A stretch of 15,888 bases of DNA, taken from assembly GCA_051892935.1 (NCBI GenBank), contig JBJFGS010000022.1:1-15888 (forward strand). Direction: 5' to 3'. This document shows positions 1-7,684 of this stretch, one piece after another; positions within the stretch are counted from its first letter, which is position 1, and the number at the start of each line of letters is the position of its first letter. The position numbers and the translations under genes were made by a program. This DNA comes from Candidatus Coprovivens sp. (lineage in GTDB: Bacteria; Bacillota_I; Bacilli_A; RF39; UBA660). Under the pieces are notes generated by a model. It saw nothing but the letters and a program-made list of their open reading frames with translations. It was not told the origin of the DNA and searched no databases.

Positions 1-237
1 AGAGTAGAATTTCTAACTTATGATGAAGGATTATGTGTACAATGTATGCATATAGGATCATTTGATGGTGAACCAACAACAGTAAAATTAATGCATACAT
101 ATATGAAAGAACAAGGTTATGAATTAGATATAACAGATACTAGATATCATCATGAAATATACTTAAGTGATCCAAGGAAATATGATGTGAGTAAACTAAA
201 AACAGTAATAAGACATCCAATTAAGAAAATCAAATAA
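1..237 (+). CDS. GyrI-like small-molecule-binding domain protein, 3' part (5' end outside the window)
   Basis: Frame is open from base 1 (RVEFLTYDEGLCVQCMHIGSFD...HHEIYLSDPRK...KLKTVIRHPI). The CVQxMHxGxxD and HHEIYLSDPR motifs are typical of GyrI-like proteins. Confidence 0.85.
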   Translation, partial: RVEFLTYDEGLCVQCMHIGSFDGEPTTVKLMHTYMKEQGYELDITDTRYHHEIYLSDPRKYDVSKLKTVIRHPIKKIK

Positions 238-266
238 AACAAACAAGTTAATAAGGAGAATTAAAA

Positions 267-1010
267 ATGCATGAATATATTAATTTAACAGAAGACAATA
301 TTGAAAAAGAACACATATGTTGTGCTATTGGTGATCCAAAACATCAAAATGGTGTTGATAAGAAAAAAGAATGGATAAAAAATAAATTAAAAGATGGACA
401 TGTATTTAGAAAACTAAATGCTAGAGGAAAAATATTTATTGAATATGAACCAATTGAAACAGCATGGGTACCTATTAATGGTAATAATTACGAATATATT
501 TATTGTCTATGGGTTGCTGGAAGTTTTAAAGAAAAAGGTATTGCCAAAGAATTACTAGAATATGCAATAAATGACTCTAAAGAAAAAGGGATGATTGGAA
601 TATGTACTCTAGTTTCTAAAAAGAAAAAACCATTTTTAGGAGAAAAAAAATTTTTTGAACACTTTGGCTTTAAAGTTGTAGATTCTATTGGCGATTATGA
701 ATTATTAGCATTACAATTTGCTGATAATGAAACTCCTAAATTTAATGATAATGCCCGATTTATGAAAATTGATAATCAAGAATTTACGATTTATTATAGT
801 AATGAATGCCCTTATGTAGAGTATGAAGTAAATGAACTTTCTGAGTATGCTAAAGAAAACAATATAAAAATAAATTTCATAAAAATAGATTCTTTAGAAA
901 AAGCCAAAAATGCTCCATGTATATTCAATAACTGGGCAAACTTTTATAAAGGGAAATTTATATCTAATACTATATTAAATGCCAATTCATTTGAAAAACT
1001 AATTAAGTAG
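267..1010 (+). CDS. GNAT N-acetyltransferase with C-terminal YoaP domain
   Basis: EHICCAI, KxFIEYxP, CLWVAGSFKEKGIAKELL (acetyl-CoA motif A), ECPY, AKNAPCIFNNWANFYKGKF. SD AAGGAG upstream. Confidence 0.85.
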   Translation: MHEYINLTEDNIEKEHICCAIGDPKHQNGVDKKKEWIKNKLKDGHVFRKLNARGKIFIEYEPIETAWVPINGNNYEYIYCLWVAGSFKEKGIAKELLEYAINDSKEKGMIGICTLVSKKKKPFLGEKKFFEHFGFKVVDSIGDYELLALQFADNETPKFNDNARFMKIDNQEFTIYYSNECPYVEYEVNELSEYAKENNIKINFIKIDSLEKAKNAPCIFNNWANFYKGKFISNTILNANSFEKLIK

Positions 1011-1032
1011 TTGTATTTAAAGGATGTTTTTT

Positions 1033-1218
1033 ATGAATGAAGAAAAATTGGAAAATTCATTATTAATCTTTCAAAATGTAAAAGAAATACTAAAAAATTT
1101 TTCTACAAAAGAAGAAACAATAGAATACCTTATAAAAGAAACAAAAATATCAAGAGAAGAATGTACAAGGGCATATGATTTTATAATGAAAATGGAAATA
1201 AAAAAAGGAAGAAAATAA
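1033..1218 (+). CDS. small hypothetical protein (about 61 aa)
   Basis: ORF follows the GNAT gene. AAGGAT upstream favours ATG 1033 over 1024. It ends inside a terminator hairpin. Confidence 0.6.
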   Translation: MNEEKLENSLLIFQNVKEILKNFSTKEETIEYLIKETKISREECTRAYDFIMKMEIKKGRK

Positions 1219-1236
1219 AAATTTTCTTCCTTTTTT
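1201..1236. terminator. intrinsic terminator, probably bidirectional
   Basis: Perfect 16-bp inverted repeat AAAAAAGGAAGAAAAT-aaaa-ATTTTCTTCCTTTTTT. Confidence 0.8.
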
Positions 1237-1245
1237 CATACTTCT

Positions 1246-1274
1246 ATATTACCACAAAATCGCCATTTTTTCAA
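1246..1274 (-). promoter_or_regulatory. sigmaA-like promoter on the minus strand
   Basis: Minus strand reads TTGAAA-17 nt-TAATAT, with TGTG-G just before the -10 (extended -10). Confidence 0.45.
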
Positions 1275-1323
1275 GGATTGTCTTTTATTAGATATTGTTG
1301 TATTAAGAATAAGAGGTGAAAAA

Positions 1324-2232
1324 ATGAAGGAAAATAGTATGACAGCTTTAGTAAGTTGCTTTGCAAGATGTTATCACTACAAAAATTACAAATATCGAAT
1401 TTTTAGTGATAACATTGCAGAAAAAATATTAAGTGAGGAGGAGTATAAAACAATTGCCAATAATATGACAAACGGAATTAATTTTTTTAATCCCAATTTT
1501 AAAGGTACTAAAGAAGATGCATTAAGATGGATAGTAGATAACCAACTATCACCATCAGTTTTAGGAAGAAGCATATTCTGTGAAAAATCATTATCAACAG
1601 CTTATAAAATTGGTTGTAGAGAATACTTAATATTTGCATCAGGTTACGATACATTTGCATATCGTAATAATCTTCCTAATTTAAAAGTATATGAAATAGA
1701 TAAAAAAGAAATGATCGAAGATAAAATAAAAAGACTAGAAGATAATGAAATCGACCATTCAAAAGTCGAATTTATCAAATGTGATTTTTCAAAAGATAAA
1801 TGGATTAATAATATAGTTAATAGTAGTTATAATCAACAAAAAACATCTTTTTGCAGTTTATTAGGAATAAGCTATTATTTAACCAAACAAGACTTTTCTT
1901 CTATGATAAAACATATATCTAATATAATAAGTAGTGGTAGTACTATAATATTTGATTATCCTACTTATGATGATAGCAAAGAAACTAAAACTAATGAACA
2001 ATTAGCAAAAAAAGCCAACGAACAAATGAAATCAAAATATACTTATGAAGAAATAGAAAGATTATTATCCCAAAATAATTTATTAATTTATGAACATTTA
2101 GATAACAATGAAATGACTAATAATTATTTTGAAAAATATAATATATTGAATCCTTCAAACAAAATAATTGCACCTAAAGGAGTAAATTATTGTTTAGCTG
2201 TAAAAAAAATAAACAAAAATAATACTAACTAA
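1324..2232 (+). CDS. class I SAM-dependent methyltransferase (leucine carboxyl methyltransferase / YktD-like)
   Basis: SMTALVSCFARCYH, IFSDNIA, YLIFASGYDTFAYR (motif I), VYEID, CDF, LLGISYYL, IIFDY. SD GAGGTG. Confidence 0.85.
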   Translation: MKENSMTALVSCFARCYHYKNYKYRIFSDNIAEKILSEEEYKTIANNMTNGINFFNPNFKGTKEDALRWIVDNQLSPSVLGRSIFCEKSLSTAYKIGCREYLIFASGYDTFAYRNNLPNLKVYEIDKKEMIEDKIKRLEDNEIDHSKVEFIKCDFSKDKWINNIVNSSYNQQKTSFCSLLGISYYLTKQDFSSMIKHISNIISSGSTIIFDYPTYDDSKETKTNEQLAKKANEQMKSKYTYEEIERLLSQNNLLIYEHLDNNEMTNNYFEKYNILNPSNKIIAPKGVNYCLAVKKINKNNTN

Positions 2233-2335
2233 TGTTAATGTCATTCGCAACAATTTCATATTTTTGTTGTTCTTTCAATATATTTTTGACCTTATTAGCC
2301 ATATGGCCATCTCATTTATAATATTGTATAAAAAC

Positions 2336-2351
2336 AAAAGTGTACACTTTT
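2336..2351. promoter_or_regulatory. perfect 16-bp palindrome, candidate operator
   Basis: AAAAGTGTACACTTTT in the intergenic region upstream of the DUF296 gene. Confidence 0.35.
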
Positions 2352-2450
2352 TATTAGAACTTCAATTTAATCTACTTTTTATTTATAGAAGTATCATTAA
2401 TTAAAAATATACTATGTTATAATATTAATAATTAAGAAGGAGAGAATAAC

Positions 2451-2870
2451 ATGGAATACAAAAGATTTAATAATACTATAGTAGCAAGAATAGATAAAGG
2501 AGAAGAAATATTAACTAAGATAAAAGATATTGCTTTAAAAGAAACCATTAAACTTGCTAACATAAATGCTTTAGGAGCAACTAATGAATTTACTGTTGGT
2601 GTATTTAAAGTAGATGAGAAAAAATATTACTCTAATGAATTCAAGGGTAATTTTGAAATTGTTTCCCTAACAGGAACTATTAACACAATGAATGATGAGT
2701 TTTATACCCATATTCATATGAGCGCTGGAAATGATAAAGGCGAAGTTTTCGGTGGACACTTAAATAAAGCTATTGTTAGCGCAACTTGTGAAATGGTAAT
2801 TAATATTATTGATGGAAAAGTTGATAGATATTTTGATGAAGAAACAGGTTTAAATCTATTTGAATTTTAA
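2451..2870 (+). CDS. PPC/DUF296 domain protein (putative metal/DNA-binding)
   Basis: RIDKGEEI, ALGA, EIVSLTGTI, HIHMS, GGHL, VSATCE. SD AAGGAG and extended -10 TGtTATAAT at 2415-2423. Confidence 0.9.
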   Translation: MEYKRFNNTIVARIDKGEEILTKIKDIALKETIKLANINALGATNEFTVGVFKVDEKKYYSNEFKGNFEIVSLTGTINTMNDEFYTHIHMSAGNDKGEVFGGHLNKAIVSATCEMVINIIDGKVDRYFDEETGLNLFEF

Positions 2871-2981
2871 TATAAAAAGAATTACAAAAATAATACAATA
2901 ATAATATATAAACCTATTCAATAATTAACTTGAAGATACAATAAAAATTAAATATAATAATAATAGAATAGGAATGATACT

Positions 2982-4745
2982 ATGCCAGAACTAAAAGAAG
3001 AATTAATAAAAGAATTCCCATATTTTGAAAAACTACTATCTTCAGCAATACCTGTAACAGAAGAATTATTTAATTTCTATAAAAATGACACCAAAATACA
3101 AGTAGATAATAGTAATATTAGTGTTCAATTATTAAAAGATATCATTTCTAATGAATACTATTATGAAATGGCTAAAAAATTATTCAGAGATGAAATGGAA
3201 GATTTAAATATATATTTAATAAAATATGGTGATATTTTTGGTAGTATTCAATTATCTAAATCTAGCATTATAGAAGGTTTAGACACCATAATGAATCAAG
3301 GACTAAGTTCATTTGATGAACTTGCATATCGTCGATATGATGAATTAAAACAGAGTATTTCCTATGATAGATTTCTCGAAAAGAATAGAAATAATAATTA
3401 TAATATAACCATTGAAGAAACTAAGTATTCAATTCCTATTGAACAAATTATAAGTTTTCTAAATCTATCAAACGAAGAATTTGATCAAATTTGTAAATCA
3501 AATGAAATAAAAGAAATAAATGGTATACCTAAAGAACACTTTGTTTATGCAATTACTAAATTTTTTAAAGAATATAAACTATTAAAAAGCTTTCAGTTTC
3601 CGCAATCAATAATAGATAAAATAAATGCGATAGATTCACTTCAAAAATTAGATATTGAAGCAGTTGATAAAATAACAATTATATCCGATCCAAATATAGA
3701 TAAAATAGAAGTAAATGAAGAACTGAAAAATACTATTTTAGAAAACCTTCCAACAGATGCTTCTGAATTAGAAAAAGCTATATTTATATACATAAAAATG
3801 TGCAAATTATTAACATATGATGATGAGTTCTATGCCGTTAATCAAATGGGTCAAGTAGCAAGAATTCATGAAAACATAAATCATGTTAAAGAAATAACTC
3901 CAACTAATAATAAAGTTGTATGTTATGAATTTAATGCTATATATGGAAAAACGCTTCAAGAAATTGGCTTAACGTTTTCAACCGATCAAGCTCTTATAAA
4001 TGGTTTTGGTGGCGGACATGCAAACTTGAAATTTCGTAGTAGCAAATTCTTAGTAGCAGCTGACTCAGTTACTTCAATTCTTCTTGGAGATATTACTAAA
4101 GCTAAATTAAATCAACCATTAGTAGGTTTAAAATGTGTTAATAAAAATCAACAAACACAACAAGAATTTAATAATGCTTTAACTAAAATGTATAATTTAA
4201 TAATTAATAAAGAAAACGAAAAAAGTGTAGAAACTTCTCCATCTACTGAAGTTACAATACCACAAGAAACACTACCAGAAGAACAAGTACCAACAGAAAG
4301 TTTTGCTGAAACAGTAGCTAAGTATAAAAGAACAACTAAACAGATAGTACACATAAGTCTAGCAGAAAAACTTGATATTCTAATGCAAAAAGTAAATGAT
4401 TCAAAACTAGTTGGAATAGATTCATTATCATATATTCTTCATCTAAGAAAAGTATTATTTACTGAAGAAGAAAGAAAAGAAAACATAAACATTTCGGTAA
4501 TAAGAGACAATGAGCTACTTGAACAAACTCAAAGTGCCACAGCTAGTGCTATAATAGCAATCAATGAATCAAGTTTTACCAATAATCCAGAATCTACTAT
4601 ATATTATGTATATCATCCTAAAATATCTTTTCAAAAAATTACTCTTGAAGAATTAAAAAACAAATTTAGTAATGGAACATATGATTATATACAAAAGAAG
4701 GATCCTGAAATACCAGGAATATCCCAAGGAGGTATGAAAAAATGA
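2982..4745 (+). CDS. large hypothetical protein with a putative transglutaminase-like (Cys-His-Asp) domain
   Basis: 587-aa ORF. SELEKAIFIYIKMCKLLTYD helix, then VVC314YEF, GGH346A and AAD361S. No signal peptide seen. Confidence 0.65.
   Translation: MPELKEELIKEFPYFEKLLSSAIPVTEELFNFYKNDTKIQVDNSNISVQLLKDIISNEYYYEMAKKLFRDEMEDLNIYLIKYGDIFGSIQLSKSSIIEGLDTIMNQGLSSFDELAYRRYDELKQSISYDRFLEKNRNNNYNITIEETKYSIPIEQIISFLNLSNEEFDQICKSNEIKEINGIPKEHFVYAITKFFKEYKLLKSFQFPQSIIDKINAIDSLQKLDIEAVDKITIISDPNIDKIEVNEELKNTILENLPTDASELEKAIFIYIKMCKLLTYDDEFYAVNQMGQVARIHENINHVKEITPTNNKVVCYEFNAIYGKTLQEIGLTFSTDQALINGFGGGHANLKFRSSKFLVAADSVTSILLGDITKAKLNQPLVGLKCVNKNQQTQQEFNNALTKMYNLIINKENEKSVETSPSTEVTIPQETLPEEQVPTESFAETVAKYKRTTKQIVHISLAEKLDILMQKVNDSKLVGIDSLSYILHLRKVLFTEEERKENINISVIRDNELLEQTQSATASAIIAINESSFTNNPESTIYYVYHPKISFQKITLEELKNKFSNGTYDYIQKKDPEIPGISQGGMKK
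4258..4302 (+). repeat. imperfect 15-nt tandem repeat (x3) encoding a P/E/T-rich linker
   Basis: TACCACAAGAAACAC / TACCAGAAGAACAAG / TACCAACAGAAAGTT starting at 4258, 4273 and 4288. Confidence 0.55.
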
Positions 4746-4978
4746 TAGAAATACTAAAAGCAATAAACTATCGAATAATATCTGGTCATAAAGACAATCC
4801 AGAAGAATTACAAAAACAAGAATTAATAAAAAAGATTCTTTCTGAAAAAGATTGCTTTTTAAAAATCGATATAACAACTGCATATCAAATATTAGAAGAT
4901 TTAAAAATACCACAAGATAAAATGAGAAATGTATATTTAGAACTAATAAATCCAGAGAAAGAAGGACTATTTCAATAG
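4742..4978 (+). CDS. 78-aa hypothetical protein, translationally coupled to the upstream gene
   Basis: ATGA start/stop overlap, strong SD AAGGAGGT inside the upstream ORF, terminator after it. Confidence 0.8.
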   Translation: MIEILKAINYRIISGHKDNPEELQKQELIKKILSEKDCFLKIDITTAYQILEDLKIPQDKMRNVYLELINPEKEGLFQ

Positions 4979-4988
4979 TTCTTTTTTT
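4962..4988 (+). terminator. intrinsic terminator
   Basis: AAGGACTAT-ttca-ATAGTTCTT followed by a T tract. Confidence 0.65.
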
Positions 4989-5002
4989 ATATTTTTTTAA
5001 AA

Positions 5003-5019
5003 TTCGACAAAATTCGACA
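5003..5019. promoter_or_regulatory. two tandem Spo0A (0A) boxes
   Basis: TTCGACA at 5003-5009 and 5013-5019, equal to TGTCGAA on the minus strand, with a 10-bp period. Confidence 0.6.
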
Positions 5020-5066
5020 CGACCATATGTAATAATATTATTGTGCTAAACTAAAGGAGGATACAT

Positions 5067-5276
5067 ATGGAAAGTAAAGTAAAGTGGTTTAATAATGAAA
5101 AAGGATACGGATTTATAGAATATAAAGAAAATGAAGATATTTTCGTTCATTATTCTCAAATTCTACAAGATGGTTATAAAAGTCTTAATCAAGGAGATAA
5201 TGTTTACTTCGATTTAATAGAAACAGAAAAAGGCTTCCAAGCCAAAAATGTTCAAGCTGTAAGAAATATTATTTAA
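5067..5276 (+). CDS. csp: cold-shock protein (CspA family)
   Basis: KVKWFNNEKGYGFI (RNP1), DIFVHYS (RNP2), GYKSL, KGFQAKNV. SD AAAGGAGG. Confidence 0.97.
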   Translation: MESKVKWFNNEKGYGFIEYKENEDIFVHYSQILQDGYKSLNQGDNVYFDLIETEKGFQAKNVQAVRNII

Positions 5277-5400
5277 TTAATTATTAACCATTATCAATTG
5301 ATTTATTAGTATTTAAAAAACATTATTTTATGTTTAGCACAAAGAAAATATTAAGTAAATCAAAGTAATATAGTAATTAACAATATAATATTAATATATA

Positions 5401-5426
5401 AGGAACTATCTATAATAGTTCTTTTT
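5401..5426 (+). terminator. intrinsic terminator after csp
   Basis: GAACTAT-ctata-ATAGTTC-TTTTT. Confidence 0.6.
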
Positions 5427-5445
5427 ACTTTAATTAAAATTATTT

Positions 5446-5474
5446 TTGACAAAATAAATATTTAGTATTATGAT
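5446..5474 (+). promoter_or_regulatory. sigmaA promoter of the hisS leader
   Basis: TTGACA-17 nt-TATGAT. Confidence 0.85.
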
Positions 5475-5497
5475 AAAGCCATGAAAGGGAGATTAAT

Positions 5498-5560
5498 ATG
5501 ATAAAACTATTTAATTCATTACATCATCATAATAATCTGCACTTGTTAATACGACATTAA
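5498..5560 (+). CDS. histidine-rich attenuator leader peptide MIKLFNSLHHHNNLHLLIRH
   Basis: SD GAAAGGGAG. 5 of 20 codons are His, including CAT-CAT-CAT. Lies between the promoter and a terminator upstream of hisS. Confidence 0.85.
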   Translation: MIKLFNSLHHHNNLHLLIRH

Positions 5561-5612
5561 TAGTTGTAGTACAAGTGCTATTTGTGGTGCTTGTATTTAG
5601 TTAATATATATA

Positions 5613-5647
5613 AAAGAACTATACGAGGACCACTTGTATAGTTTTTT
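5613..5647 (+). terminator. attenuator terminator of the hisS leader
   Basis: AAAGAACTATACGAG-gacca-CTTGTATAGTTTTTT, ending 24 nt before the hisS ATG. Confidence 0.85.
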
Positions 5648-5671
5648 ATTTTAATAGAAAGAGGAATTATT

Positions 5672-6967
5672 ATGATTATACAAAATGTAAAAGGTGGTTA
5701 TGATTTTTTACCAAAAGAACAAAAAATTAGAAATTATATAAATGAAATATTAAAAAATACTTTTGAAGAATATGGTTATCTACCGATAGAAACACCTATA
5801 TTATGTTACTTTGATATGTTAGCTGGAAAATATGATGAATCAAACGATATTTTAAATGAGATATATAAATTAAAAGATCAAGGGAATCGAAATCTTGGTC
5901 TTCGTTATGACCTAACAGTTCCATTTGCTAAATTTATTGCCCTTAACAAAAATGAACTTAAACTACCATTTAAACGTTATGAGATAAATAAAGTATTTAG
6001 AGATGGCCCAGTAAAAGTAGGTCGTGATCGTGAGTTTACTCAATGTGATGTTGATGTAGTAGGAATTTCCAATCAAATGATAGAAGCTGAACTATTAAGT
6101 TTATATGTTAACGCTTTCTCAAAGCTTAACATAGAAATTAATATCAAATATAATAGTCGTAACTTAATGCGAGGTTTAATACTAGAAACAGGAGTAACAG
6201 AGGAATTAGTATCAAGTACAATAACAATCATTGATAAAATAGATAAACTAAGTACTGAAGAATTAACAACCAATCTTATAGAAATAGGACTTAATAAAAA
6301 ACAAATAGACTTACTACTAGAATATTTCAAACTACCTTTAGAAGAACTAAATAAACTATTCAAAGAAACAAATAACGAAGATATTAAAATAGGTTTAGAA
6401 GAACTAAATAATTTAGAAGAATATATTGAAAAAATGAACTTACGTGAATATTGTAATTTCACATCATCACTAGCTCGCGGTCAAGATTACTATACGGGTA
6501 ATGTATTTGAAGTATACGAAAAGAATGGTTTACTATCAGGTGCTATTGGTGGTGGAGGTCGCTATGATAAAATGATTACTGAATTCATCGATGACGGAGA
6601 AATATATCCAGCAGTAGGTATCAGTTTCGGTCTAACTTCTATCTTCGAATTACTAAAAAATCTAGAAGACTTTAAAGATTCATTTCCTGTTGATATCTAT
6701 ATAATACCTATGGACACAAACATTGAAAGCTTAAATCTTGCAAATGAACTTCGCAAATTAAATATTAAAGTAGACATTGAAATGAACAACAAAAAACTAA
6801 AGAAAAGTTTAGACTTCTGTAACAAAGAAAATATTCCATATGTAATTATTCTTGGTGAAGATGAAATAACAAATCAAGAATTTAAACTAAAAGATATGAT
6901 AAACAAAAAAGAATATAATATCCCGATAGATAAACTATCAATAATAAAAGAAATCATAAAAAAATAA
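5672..6967 (+). CDS. hisS: histidine--tRNA ligase
   Basis: KGGYDFLP, GLRYDLTVP, VFRDGP..GRDREFTQCDVD (motif 2), LARGQDYYTG, GGGGRYD, AVGISFG (motif 3). The C-terminal anticodon domain is present, so it is not HisZ. Confidence 0.96.
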   Translation: MIIQNVKGGYDFLPKEQKIRNYINEILKNTFEEYGYLPIETPILCYFDMLAGKYDESNDILNEIYKLKDQGNRNLGLRYDLTVPFAKFIALNKNELKLPFKRYEINKVFRDGPVKVGRDREFTQCDVDVVGISNQMIEAELLSLYVNAFSKLNIEINIKYNSRNLMRGLILETGVTEELVSSTITIIDKIDKLSTEELTTNLIEIGLNKKQIDLLLEYFKLPLEELNKLFKETNNEDIKIGLEELNNLEEYIEKMNLREYCNFTSSLARGQDYYTGNVFEVYEKNGLLSGAIGGGGRYDKMITEFIDDGEIYPAVGISFGLTSIFELLKNLEDFKDSFPVDIYIIPMDTNIESLNLANELRKLNIKVDIEMNNKKLKKSLDFCNKENIPYVIILGEDEITNQEFKLKDMINKKEYNIPIDKLSIIKEIIKK

Positions 6968-7026
6968 AATTTATATCCCACTTTTATAATTACTTTGATA
7001 ATATATATAACTAAGGAGGTATTAAT

Positions 7027-7626
7027 ATGACAAAAATATCAAATGCATTACTTATGTTACAATATCTCCAATCAGGAAGAAAATACTCAGTAAAAGAACT
7101 ATCTGAAAAATTAGAAGTATCAGAACGTCAAGTTCGTTGTTACAAAGAAGATTTAGAAAAAGCAGGAATTTATATTGATACTATAATGGGACCATATGGT
7201 GGATATGTTCTGAATCAATCAATAAGAATGCCAATAAGAAAGTTTAAAAAGCAAGACTATGAATTACTTGATAAATATATTGATTCAGAACAAGACGAAC
7301 TAACAAAAGAACAATTAACTATATTACAAGATAAAATAAAAGGTGTTTACGCTGGCTCTAAAGCCGAATCCAAAGAACTTAATCTAAAAGAAGAAACCCT
7401 TACAAAATATAATCTTCTTACAAGAGCAATCAAAGAAAGAAGAAAAGTATTTATCAGATATTATTCTTATAATAAAGGAGAAAATGATCGAACAATCTGC
7501 CCGGCTGAAATGTTTCTCTTTCAAGATGGATGGTATGTTGCAGCTTTCTGTTTACTAAAAAATGATATTAGACACTTTGAATTAAAAAGAATAATAAAAA
7601 TAGAATTATTAGAAGAATACTTTTAA
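7027..7626 (+). CDS. WYL-domain transcriptional regulator (wHTH + WYL, YafY-like, short form)
   Basis: N-terminal HTH (SVKELSEKLEVSERQVRCYKEDLEKAG...GPYGGY) and C-terminal WYL (RTICP...GWYVAAFCLLKNDIRHFELKRI). SD AAGGAGGT. Confidence 0.92.
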   Translation: MTKISNALLMLQYLQSGRKYSVKELSEKLEVSERQVRCYKEDLEKAGIYIDTIMGPYGGYVLNQSIRMPIRKFKKQDYELLDKYIDSEQDELTKEQLTILQDKIKGVYAGSKAESKELNLKEETLTKYNLLTRAIKERRKVFIRYYSYNKGENDRTICPAEMFLFQDGWYVAAFCLLKNDIRHFELKRIIKIELLEEYF

Positions 7627-7684
7627 GTAGACGAAATACTTCCTATACAAGTGCTAAATTGTACTTATGAAAGGAAGTTTTTTT

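Noticed and set aside
1386-1574. 62-aa minus-strand ORF
   Set aside because: Antisense shadow inside the methyltransferase; no motif.
4148-4913. Minus-strand ORFs 4148-4354 and 4653-4913
   Set aside because: Antisense to well-supported genes; the hydrophobic bias is what the reverse of A-rich codons produces.
4962-5647. Three hairpins sharing an ACTAT...ATAGT-like stem, considered as a repeat family or CRISPR relic
   Set aside because: Short, irregularly spaced, and each is explained as a terminator; there is no repeat-spacer array.
5475-5670. T-box riboswitch upstream of hisS
   Set aside because: No T-box consensus or specifier stem is visible; the leader-peptide model explains the region.
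6073-6462. 129-aa minus-strand ORF and a direct repeat TTTAGAAGAACTAAATAA with a 57-nt period
   Set aside because: Both lie within hisS; the repeat encodes LEELN twice in a helical insertion.
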